A DNA stretch of 14,058 bases from Candidatus Zixiibacteriota bacterium (GTDB lineage: Bacteria; Zixibacteria; MSB-5A5; CAIYYT01). The translations under genes and the position numbers were made by a program. The notes beneath the pieces are model-generated. The model was not told the origin of the DNA. It did not search any database and saw nothing but the letters and a program-made list of their open reading frames with translations. The number at the start of each line of letters is the position of its first letter. The first letter of the stretch is position 1. The DNA lies in NCBI GenBank assembly GCA_040235515.1, contig JBECKX010000047.1:1-14058 (forward strand), written 5' to 3'. This document shows, in pieces, positions 7,584 to 14,058 of the stretch.

Positions 7584-8417
7584 TCAGTCAAGCAGGGGGA
7601 TATCGGGTCGCAGATGCACGACCAGGTCATGCACGATCCGGCGCAGCAAATCAACATTGGTGTTGAGCAGCCTGTTCCCGTGATGCATTGCCGAGTAGAT
7701 CTCGTAATCGACCTTGTCGGCGAAGAAATCGGTCAGCAGATCAACGCTGGTGTATGAGTAAATATCCTGATCGGCCGTCGCGATAAATATATCGAGGTCA
7801 TCGACCTTCAGCATCGCGGGAGCCAGTTCCAGCCCGCGGTAATCGAGGCCGGGGGAGATCATGGCAAGATACTCTACGCGCGGTTCCTTCAACGCATAGA
7901 GCAACCCGGTATTGGCCCCGATCGATGCGCCAACCACCGCGATCTTTGAAGCGTCAACCCTGTCGCCATACATCGCAACACAGGTGTCGACGAAGAACTT
8001 GACATCATCAGGATATTTGAGGAATTCACCCTCATAGAAAGTATTCGGGGGACGCCGCTGATTGCGCTTCACATCAAAGGTTGAGTTCCCATGCCCGCGC
8101 ATATCCAGCGCCAGTACGGCGATGCCACTCGGATAGACCGCCTCCCACAGCTTCTTCCACGCTTGATGGTCCTCACCGAACTGGTGCAGCATCACCACAA
8201 GTGGCGGCTTGACCTTCGTGTAGAGCTTGGGCGGAAGAACCAGGTAGCCAAACATCCGCAAACTTGAATCAGGCAGGGTGGCGGTTACTTCAATAATTTC
8301 AGGTGGTGGTGAGGAGGCCGCCTCGCCTCTGGCAGGTGTCAGCAGCGCTGCGCCGATTCCAATCGTAAGCAGCAGCGACAATAAAATAGCGCGTCGTGAA
8401 ATCTCTGAGTATCGCAT
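7584..8417 (-). CDS. Exported alpha/beta hydrolase
   Basis: Signal-peptide-like N-terminus. VVMLH and LALDMRGHG motifs, nucleophile elbow GASIG, candidate Asp in ADQD and His in MHHG. Confidence 0.85.
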   Translation of the reverse strand: MRYSEISRRAILLSLLLTIGIGAALLTPARGEAASSPPPEIIEVTATLPDSSLRMFGYLVLPPKLYTKVKPPLVVMLHQFGEDHQAWKKLWEAVYPSGIAVLALDMRGHGNSTFDVKRNQRRPPNTFYEGEFLKYPDDVKFFVDTCVAMYGDRVDASKIAVVGASIGANTGLLYALKEPRVEYLAMISPGLDYRGLELAPAMLKVDDLDIFIATADQDIYSYTSVDLLTDFFADKVDYEIYSAMHHGNRLLNTNVDLLRRIVHDLVVHLRPDIPLLD

Positions 8418-8471
8418 ATCTGTTTTACAATCGTGGTTCCGACTTAGCTGTCTCTCTACTTCGTCGCGCGG

Positions 8472-9635
8472 CTAGATGACCGTGTGCTCGGTCGTCGCCG
8501 GCGCTTCTTTCAGGAAACGTTCGAGTGAAAGTGGCGAGATATCAATCGACGGCGTCTCGCCGGCGATCAATTCGGAGATAACAATTCCCACCGCCGGGGC
8601 ATGCATAAATCCATGCCCGGAAAAACCGTTAGCCTGATAAAACTTCTCATAGCCGTCGGCCGCGCCCAGGATCGCCAGATGATCCGGGGTGGTATCATAC
8701 AGCCCGCCCCACGCCGTCTTCACTTCGGCAGTCTCAAGCTGCGGAATCAAATCGAGCCCCTTCATCAAGATCGCATCGGTGTAGTCCGGGTGCGCCGATT
8801 CATCAAACCCTTCCGCTTGGTCAGGGTCAGCCCAGCCCAGCAGCAGCCCGCCCGACTCCTTGTGTGTGTAAAGCCCCGAGTTGACATCTACAACCATCGG
8901 GAATGACTCGTCGATGAAATCAAGCGGCGCCGTAGTCACGATCTGACGTTTGTATGCCTTGATCGGCAGCTCCACGTCCAGCCACGATGCCACGATAGGG
9001 GAGTGCGGCCCGGCCGCGTTGACCACACACTCGGTGGCGAAATCTCCCTTCGTCGTCTTCACGCCGGTCAGAATATCGCCGGAGTGCGTGATTCCCGTCG
9101 CCTCAGTCTCAAGGATAAACTTTACTCCGAGACTCCGCGCTGCACTGACATAGCCCTGCGTGAATTGATGCGGATCACCGATCCCATCCTTGCGTGAGAA
9201 AGTTCCCGCCACCACATTTGTCGCGTCAACCGCGGGGACCATTTCAGCGATATCCTCTTTGCTCATCCACTCGCACGGATGCCCCAGTCGCTGCCACATC
9301 TCATATTGCTTCTTGAAGCTTGCGACCTGACTCTCGTTCGATAACAGGAACAGATACCCCACCTGCTCGAATTGAACCTCCGCCCCCGTCTCTTCCGTGA
9401 AAATCTCAAACCGCTCCTCCGAGAGCATTGACATCCTCACGTTGATCTCGGAGCTGAACTGCGCTCTGATCCCACCGGCGCATTTGGCGGTCGCGCCGTT
9501 ACCGAGATACTGATCTTTCTCTATGACAGCAATCTTGCCGAATTTCTTCTTGGCCAGATGGTAGGCTATCGAAGCGCCAATAATGCCGCCGCCAATGATG
9601 ACAACATCGTATGTATTGTTGGGTGCACCAGACAT
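8472..9635 (-). CDS. FAD-dependent amine/amino-acid oxidoreductase (DAO family, sarcosine oxidase beta / proline dehydrogenase beta-like)
   Basis: DVVIIGGGIIG Rossmann motif, GATAKCAGGIR, VVNAAG, WGGLYDTTPD, GFSGHGFMHAPAVG. ATG at 9635 follows RBS AGGAG (9646-9650) and is preferred over the TTG at 9644. Confidence 0.9.
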   Translation of the reverse strand: MSGAPNNTYDVVIIGGGIIGASIAYHLAKKKFGKIAVIEKDQYLGNGATAKCAGGIRAQFSSEINVRMSMLSEERFEIFTEETGAEVQFEQVGYLFLLSNESQVASFKKQYEMWQRLGHPCEWMSKEDIAEMVPAVDATNVVAGTFSRKDGIGDPHQFTQGYVSAARSLGVKFILETEATGITHSGDILTGVKTTKGDFATECVVNAAGPHSPIVASWLDVELPIKAYKRQIVTTAPLDFIDESFPMVVDVNSGLYTHKESGGLLLGWADPDQAEGFDESAHPDYTDAILMKGLDLIPQLETAEVKTAWGGLYDTTPDHLAILGAADGYEKFYQANGFSGHGFMHAPAVGIVISELIAGETPSIDISPLSLERFLKEAPATTEHTVI

Positions 9636-9691
9636 GAAAATCAAGCTCCTCTCGCGACAAACGCCCCTGGGTGAGCCCCGACACCCCCGTT

Positions 9692-9719
9692 ATTATACGG
9701 TCGCGTACACGCGAGTCAA
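9692..9719 (-). promoter_or_regulatory. Sigma-70 promoter with a palindrome in the spacer
   Basis: Minus strand reads TTGACT-N16-TATAAT. Perfect inverted repeat TCGCGT-AC-ACGCGA at 9701-9714. Confidence 0.7.
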
Positions 9720-9779
9720 GGGAATTAGCGGGCGTGTAACTCTCGTAATTTTAAAAGGTTAGCGGCGCGGGTTGAAGTC

Positions 9780-10124
9780 TCAGCGGGTGTGGTCAATCGG
9801 CTCGAAGTTCGCGAATGGTTGCTCCGCCTCCGGCAGCTTCCCCAGCGGAATTCCACCCTCAATCCAGAGCTTCTCCATCCGGTCCCAGCGCTTGCGGACC
9901 TCGACATCGTGGTGCGCCCGTTCGATCGCTTCCTCCGAGGCCCACTCGAACACATCAATGATAATCTCAGGATTAACTCGTGAACGCAGCAGTATCGGTT
10001 CGCGATCCGTGCGGTATCTCATCTTATGGAAAAACTCCAGCTTCTCGCGAACAACCTTCATGAACGCAGGCTGATTCTCGATCGCCACTCTGTAAACCGC
10101 GAACACTACTACCGGCGACTTCAT
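9780..10124 (-). CDS. Hypothetical protein, possibly ABM-like dimeric alpha/beta barrel
   Basis: 114 aa, co-oriented with its neighbours. The pattern VFAVYRV...F...IDVFEWASEEAIERAH resembles the ABM/Dabb W-x-S-x-E-A-x4-H motif. Confidence 0.65.
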   Translation of the reverse strand: MKSPVVVFAVYRVAIENQPAFMKVVREKLEFFHKMRYRTDREPILLRSRVNPEIIIDVFEWASEEAIERAHHDVEVRKRWDRMEKLWIEGGIPLGKLPEAEQPFANFEPIDHTR

Positions 10125-10164
10125 CTCATTTTGTCCTCATCAGAACAACGCGACTCTTCAACAC

Positions 10165-10626
10165 TCAATACGATTCCGCCAGGATCTCCGCCACCTGCTC
10201 AAGAAATACGCGATCCTCCTGCTTGAACGCAGCCGGCGTATGCGAATCGATATCGATCTCTCCCACTACCTTGCCATCCTTAAAGATGGGTACCACAATC
10301 TCAGACTTAGTCTCAATCGAACAGGCGAGATAACGCGGATCGGCGTTGACATCATCAACTATCACCGTCTGCTCCTGGCTCACCGCAGCGCCACAGATAC
10401 CCTTGCCGACCGGGATACGGACATGCGGCGACGGCTTGCCAAGGAAAGGCCCCAGCACCAGCTCATTTGGGGTCTCCAGATTGTAGATCCCGACCCAGTC
10501 GAAATAATCGAAGTTCTCCTTCAGCAATTTCACGGCGGTCAACTGCACCCGCTCCCCCGCGGCGTCACCCTCGACTGCTTCCCTTAGCTGCCGCAAAATC
10601 TCTTCATTCGTCAGCCGATTGCTCAC
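10165..10626 (-). CDS. msrC: GAF-domain protein, free methionine-R-sulfoxide reductase (fRMsr)-like
   Basis: Motifs WVGIY, LGPFLG, IPVGKGICG, YLACSIETKSEIVVP and EIDIDS. Start re-called to GTG 10626, which has GGAG 8 nt upstream and overlaps the end of the preceding gene. Confidence 0.75.
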   Translation of the reverse strand: MSNRLTNEEILRQLREAVEGDAAGERVQLTAVKLLKENFDYFDWVGIYNLETPNELVLGPFLGKPSPHVRIPVGKGICGAAVSQEQTVIVDDVNADPRYLACSIETKSEIVVPIFKDGKVVGEIDIDSHTPAAFKQEDRVFLEQVAEILAESY

Positions 10627-11416
10627 GCTCTTCACTCCAATAGTTCTCAAGTTCACGATACTTTTCCGGGAATTCAGCGGTGAAACGCAGGTAGTTGGGA
10701 ATCGGGTAGCGCACGCCACCTTTGAGCGTCCCGTCCAACCCGGCGATCAACTCCTCAGCATGTCCCCATGGGAACGCATAAGCCATCTCATGATCCTGCG
10801 TCTGTGCAAACAGCCTGTCACCGTAGCAGGGGAGGATCAGATTCGGTTTGCCGGTCTGCATCGTCTCGATGCAGATGTCGGCGCAGTCGAGGCGCGGCGA
10901 GAATCGCGACTCGAGATAGCCACCCTCCCTCCACAGCGATCCCGCCAAGAGCCGCATCACCTGTGCGGAGTTGCCATAAAGCAGGATAACATGCGGTTCA
11001 AAAGTGGTTCGGTGCAGCGGCGCGACCAGAAAATAGCGGTACTCCCGAAAACTGAACTTCGGCAGTTCAGCCTCCGTGCGTGCCCCCGCCGCCGCGGTCT
11101 CGGTGTACATCCCTTCACAGCAACAGCCCGAAGTAAAATGCTCCACCAGCGGCTCAAATCCGAACGCCGTCTTCGCCAGGGGACAAGAGATATCCTCCCG
11201 GCCAAGCGCCAACACCCAGCCATACTTGCGCGCCATCGCGATGCCTTGACAGATCGCCGCTTGAAACCCCAAATCCTTCAGCGGTCGCTTGACCCGCTCA
11301 GGCAACTCAGCGTCACTCTTGCACATCCGAATCGCCAACGGGAACGAGTCGGGACGAATCTGCTCGCTGAGAGCGTCGTTCAGTTTCTTCAATATCTCGG
11401 TTCGTGGCTCTTGCAT
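10604..11416 (-). CDS. DUF169-like (COG2043) cysteine-rich protein
   Basis: Motifs PLAI, AICQ, ISCP, APL...FEPHVILLYGNSAQVMRL, DCAD and LPCYGDR. Start re-called to ATG 11416 because the TTG at 11494 is the -35 box of the promoter. Confidence 0.82.
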   Translation of the reverse strand: MQEPRTEILKKLNDALSEQIRPDSFPLAIRMCKSDAELPERVKRPLKDLGFQAAICQGIAMARKYGWVLALGREDISCPLAKTAFGFEPLVEHFTSGCCCEGMYTETAAAGARTEAELPKFSFREYRYFLVAPLHRTTFEPHVILLYGNSAQVMRLLAGSLWREGGYLESRFSPRLDCADICIETMQTGKPNLILPCYGDRLFAQTQDHEMAYAFPWGHAEELIAGLDGTLKGGVRYPIPNYLRFTAEFPEKYRELENYWSEEREQSADE

Positions 11417-11466
11417 AACAACACTACGTCTCAAAATGGAAAGGAGTTGATCATTCTGGCGCTGCA

Positions 11467-11494
11467 AATATAGAACAATGAAGTCCACTGTCAA
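11467..11494 (-). promoter_or_regulatory. Sigma-70 promoter of the DUF169-fRMsr-ABM unit
   Basis: Minus strand reads TTGACA-N16-TATATT. Confidence 0.65.
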
Positions 11495-11562
11495 TCAAGT
11501 CCGCCGCCGCGTAGCCCTATCCGGTCAAGGAACTTACAAAACCTGCCGATTTCAGATATGAA

Positions 11563-12975
11563 ATGGTACTGGAATCACCGAAAGCAGCAGCGAAAGAATC
11601 CGTGAAAACTCCTCGCATACTGGTTGTGGACGACGAAGAGTCGATGTGCAACTTCATGGAAATTATGCTCAAAAAAGAGGGGTACAGCGTCAGCACCGCG
11701 CAGTCCGGGGAGGAGGCATTTGAGCGGATCAACGCTCAGCCACCCGATCTCGTGATCACCGACATCATGATGCCCGAAATGTCAGGCATCGAATTGCTGA
11801 CGGAGTCGAAAAAACAACACCGCGATCTTCACTTCGTGGTGATGACAGCCTTTGCCTCGGTCGATTCCGCCGTCGACGCCCTCAAACGTGGCGCCGATGA
11901 CTACATCACCAAGCCGTTCAAAGTCGACGAGATAAAACATGTCATAAAGAATATCCTGGAAAACGCCGAGATTCGCCGCGAGAATAAGATCCTCAAAGAT
12001 AAACTCTCGGGGCGCTCCAGCCTCGACAACTTCATCGGTGAAACCGAGTGCGTCGTCAAGCTGAAAGAGCTGGTTGCACAGATCGCCGCCAGTGACTCAA
12101 CCGTCCTGATCCTCGGCGAAAGCGGCACCGGCAAGGACCTGATCGCCCGTGCGGTACATACGCATTCCGATAGGGCGGAACAGCCCTTTGTCGCAATCAA
12201 CTGCGGCGCGATACCGGAACTGCTGCTCGAATCGGAGCTGTTCGGCCATAAGAAGGGCTCATTTACCGGAGCGATTAAAGATAAAGAGGGGATGTTCCAG
12301 GTAGCCGATGGCGGCGTGCTTTTCCTCGATGAGATTGGCAACCTTACCCCGGCATTACAGGTGAAGCTGCTGCGTGTTCTCGAGTCGAACGAATTCACTC
12401 CGGTCGGCTCAACCACACCGGTCAAGGTGGACGTGCGCCTGGTCGCCGCGACCAACGCGAACCTCGAAGAGGATGTCCGCGCCAACCGCTTCCGGGCAGA
12501 CCTCTTCTACCGGCTCAATGTGTTGCCGATCAACCTCCCGTCGCTTGCCGAGAGGCGCGAGGATATCCCGTTGCTGGCCGACCATTTCCTGAGCCAGATG
12601 GCGGCGCGACACGACGGCGCCCGCAAACAGCTATCCGATGCCGCGCTCAAACTGATCTGCGAAGCAGAGTGGCCCGGCAACGTCCGCGAACTGGAGAACA
12701 CCCTGACCCGCGCCTATCTGCTCTCGAAAGGCGACACGATCCAGCCGGGCGATTTTCCGGCCAAACTGCAGAAGAGCGCTTCAACTTCTCCTGAGCCTGA
12801 AGTAACGGGTGGAAACCCCACTTTGGAATCTATCGAGAAGGCTTACATCTACTGGATTCTCAACCAGACCAACTGGCAGAAAACCAAGGCCGCGAAGCTG
12901 CTCGGGATCGATGCTTCAACGCTCTATCGTAAAATCGACCGATATGGTTTGAAGAAGGCGGATGGCAACGACTAG
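11563..12975 (+). CDS. NtrC-family sigma-54-dependent response regulator, PilR-like by context
   Basis: Receiver domain (VVDDE, TDIMMP, MTAF, YITKPF); AAA+ domain with GESGTGKD, ESELFGHKKGSFTGA, FLDEIG, FRADLFYRLNV and WPGNVREL; Fis-type HTH AAKLLGIDASTLYRK. Directly upstream of a pilin with a sigma-54 promoter. Confidence 0.95.
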   Translation: MVLESPKAAAKESVKTPRILVVDDEESMCNFMEIMLKKEGYSVSTAQSGEEAFERINAQPPDLVITDIMMPEMSGIELLTESKKQHRDLHFVVMTAFASVDSAVDALKRGADDYITKPFKVDEIKHVIKNILENAEIRRENKILKDKLSGRSSLDNFIGETECVVKLKELVAQIAASDSTVLILGESGTGKDLIARAVHTHSDRAEQPFVAINCGAIPELLLESELFGHKKGSFTGAIKDKEGMFQVADGGVLFLDEIGNLTPALQVKLLRVLESNEFTPVGSTTPVKVDVRLVAATNANLEEDVRANRFRADLFYRLNVLPINLPSLAERREDIPLLADHFLSQMAARHDGARKQLSDAALKLICEAEWPGNVRELENTLTRAYLLSKGDTIQPGDFPAKLQKSASTSPEPEVTGGNPTLESIEKAYIYWILNQTNWQKTKAAKLLGIDASTLYRKIDRYGLKKADGND

Positions 12976-12990
12976 AACCAACCGCCACTA

Positions 12991-13024
12991 TTGCAATTTG
13001 CAAGGCGGCTATCGCAGTTGTCAA
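12991..13024 (+). promoter_or_regulatory. Candidate tandem bEBP binding sites (UAS) for the pilin promoter
   Basis: Dyad TTGCAA-T-TTGCAA (12991-13003) and a 9/13 copy TCGCAGTTGTCAA (13012-13024), 21 bp apart and about 90-120 bp upstream of the -24 box. The first site is also flanked by CCGCC/GGCGG and could instead be an RNA hairpin. Confidence 0.5.
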
Positions 13025-13109
13025 CAAACTCACATGTGCAAAGGTTGAGCATCTCTCGATGCTGACAGCTAACCCGTTACCGCCGCTCCAATTAAACCGC
13101 AGACTGATT

Positions 13110-13126
13110 CTGGCACTCGGCTTGCT
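13110..13126 (+). promoter_or_regulatory. Sigma-54 promoter of the pilin gene
   Basis: CTGGCACTCGGCTTGCT is a near-perfect match to YTGGCAC-N5-TTGCW (GG 13112-13113, GC 13124-13125). Confidence 0.9.
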
Positions 13127-13156
13127 ATTGTTGGGAGAGAGAGACAAGGAGTAACG

Positions 13157-13615
13157 ATGTCAGTAACAACGACAATGAAACTTGAACACAGGCAAAATGA
13201 ACGTGGGTTCACACTCATTGAGTTGATGATTGTGGTCGTGATCATCGGTATCCTTGCCGCTATGGCGATCCCGAAGTTTATCGCGGTAGCCACCAAGAGT
13301 AAGCAGTCTGAAGCCAAGCTGGTTCTGAAGCAGATTCATAACAACGAACAAACCTACTTCCAGCAGAACCAGACCTACTGGATTCCTCCGGGTGGCCAGG
13401 TTGCCTATGCGGGCGATCCGACTGCTTTCGCTGAGATCTGGGTCGATATCCAGCTTCCGGCACGCTATACCTATACGATCACCGGAACCTCGACAACCTT
13501 TCTGGCGACGGCAACCAGTGGTATCCTCGATGACGATCCCACCGAAGATCAGTGGACCATCGATCACCTGGGTGACCTGAAAGTAGTGCCCGGTAAAGAT
13601 GACGCTGCGGATTAG
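13157..13615 (+). CDS. Type IVa pilin (prepilin), PilA-like
   Basis: RBS AAGGAG at 13146-13151. Class III signal peptide ERG|FTLIELMIVVVIIGILAAMAIP with E5 and P22. 135-aa mature chain with no cysteines. Confidence 0.93.
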   Translation: MSVTTTMKLEHRQNERGFTLIELMIVVVIIGILAAMAIPKFIAVATKSKQSEAKLVLKQIHNNEQTYFQQNQTYWIPPGGQVAYAGDPTAFAEIWVDIQLPARYTYTITGTSTTFLATATSGILDDDPTEDQWTIDHLGDLKVVPGKDDAAD

Positions 13616-13850
13616 CCCGCAGGCTTGAATCCATCGGATTCCCGGTAGCCGGTTGCCAATCACAGCCAGCTATGAACCGCAGCCCGTATTATCAAGCCAA
13701 CTCGTTAACTACGTTGCCGAACAGCAACTTAGGGCCGCAATCACGCGCCCACCGGCATGATTCGAGAATCTTGTCAATTCAGAACCTTTCTATGACGACA
13801 TGATGAAAAAGGGATACTTCTCAGTTAATGCATCCTGTCAGGAGGTTAAC

Positions 13851-14058
13851 ATGTTCCGCAATTTCCAGAGAGGCCAGAAGGGCTTCACACTTATCGAGTT
13901 GATGATCGTGGTCGTGATCATCGGCGTACTTGCTGCCTTGGCGATTCCGCGATTCATGCGCGCGACAACCAAGTCAAAGCAGTCTGAAGCAAAGCAGATC
14001 CTGAAGCAGATCTACACGATGCAGCAGACTTACCGTCAGCAGAACGACACTTACTGGG
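13851..14058 (+). CDS. Second type IVa pilin, 3'-truncated by the window (absent from the ORF track)
   Basis: RBS AGGAGG, then ATG 13851: MFRNFQRGQKG|FTLIELMIVVVIIGVLAALAIPRFMRATTKSKQSEAKQILKQIYTMQQTYRQQNDTYW, open to the window end. Confidence 0.93.
   Translation, partial: MFRNFQRGQKGFTLIELMIVVVIIGVLAALAIPRFMRATTKSKQSEAKQILKQIYTMQQTYRQQNDTYW

Noticed and set aside
5970..10606. Other TGA stops as possible selenocysteine codons (HisKA protein, ECF sigma, hydrolase, ABM-like, GAF, DUF169-like)
   Set aside because: They fall at plausible family C-termini or in start/stop overlaps and lack a redox-motif context. I noticed no SECIS-like hairpin after them, though I did not fold each one.
10627..10719. 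N-terminal extension of the GAF ORF in the track
   Set aside because: It overlaps the upstream gene by over 100 bp; GTG 10626 has a properly spaced GGAG.
10619..11473. 284-aa plus-strand ORF
   Set aside because: Antisense shadow of the DUF169-like gene; Arg/Gln-rich composition typical of non-coding frames.
11417..11494. N-terminal extension of the DUF169-like ORF
   Set aside because: The TTG start is the -35 hexamer of the predicted promoter, so it would not be transcribed.
12250..12275. GSFTGA instead of GAFTGA in the activator
   Set aside because: A common variant in functional sigma-54 activators; a canonical sigma-54 promoter lies directly downstream of the gene.
13160..13663. 167-aa minus-strand ORF over the pilin, and other short antisense or nested ORFs in the track
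   Set aside because: They overlap well-supported genes and have no independent signal.
13752..13768. Possible sigma-54 promoter for the second pilin (CCGGCATG, same -24 heptamer as at 5176)
   Set aside because: The -12 position reads CGAGA instead of TTGC; too degenerate to call.
13616..13850. Riboswitch (e.g. c-di-GMP) or ncRNA between the pilins
   Set aside because: Only short hairpins; I could not recognise a conserved aptamer motif. An Rfam/Infernal scan would settle it.

Overview
Bacterial chromosomal window with mostly housekeeping and regulatory genes. I found no mobile element, CRISPR array, rRNA or tRNA. In order: the end of a complex I operon (nuoM, nuoN) interrupted by a small glutaredoxin-like gene; an Fe-S-type purF; a GAF-like/HisKA protein lacking an ATPase domain; an ECF sigma / zinc anti-sigma pair with a divergent membrane protein; an alpha/beta hydrolase; a DAO/sarcosine-oxidase-beta-like flavoprotein; an ABM-like protein; an fRMsr-like GAF protein; a DUF169-like protein; a PilR-like sigma-54 activator; and two tandem type IV pilins, the second missing from the ORF track. 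The strongest signal is the glutaredoxin inside the nuo operon. Its apparent TGA stop is followed by GGA TTC TAA and a hairpin resembling the bacterial SECIS, so it probably encodes a 74-aa selenoprotein ending GGS-U-GF (UXX-star type). Secondary signals are: (i) two sigma-54 promoters, one for the pilin and one for the ATPase-less HisKA gene, with similar 21-bp-phased upstream sites, suggesting a PilR feedback module; (ii) mirror-image ECF promoters; (iii) three sigma-70-like promoters that all have 16-bp spacers. All family assignments come from motif recognition by eye, not database searches.
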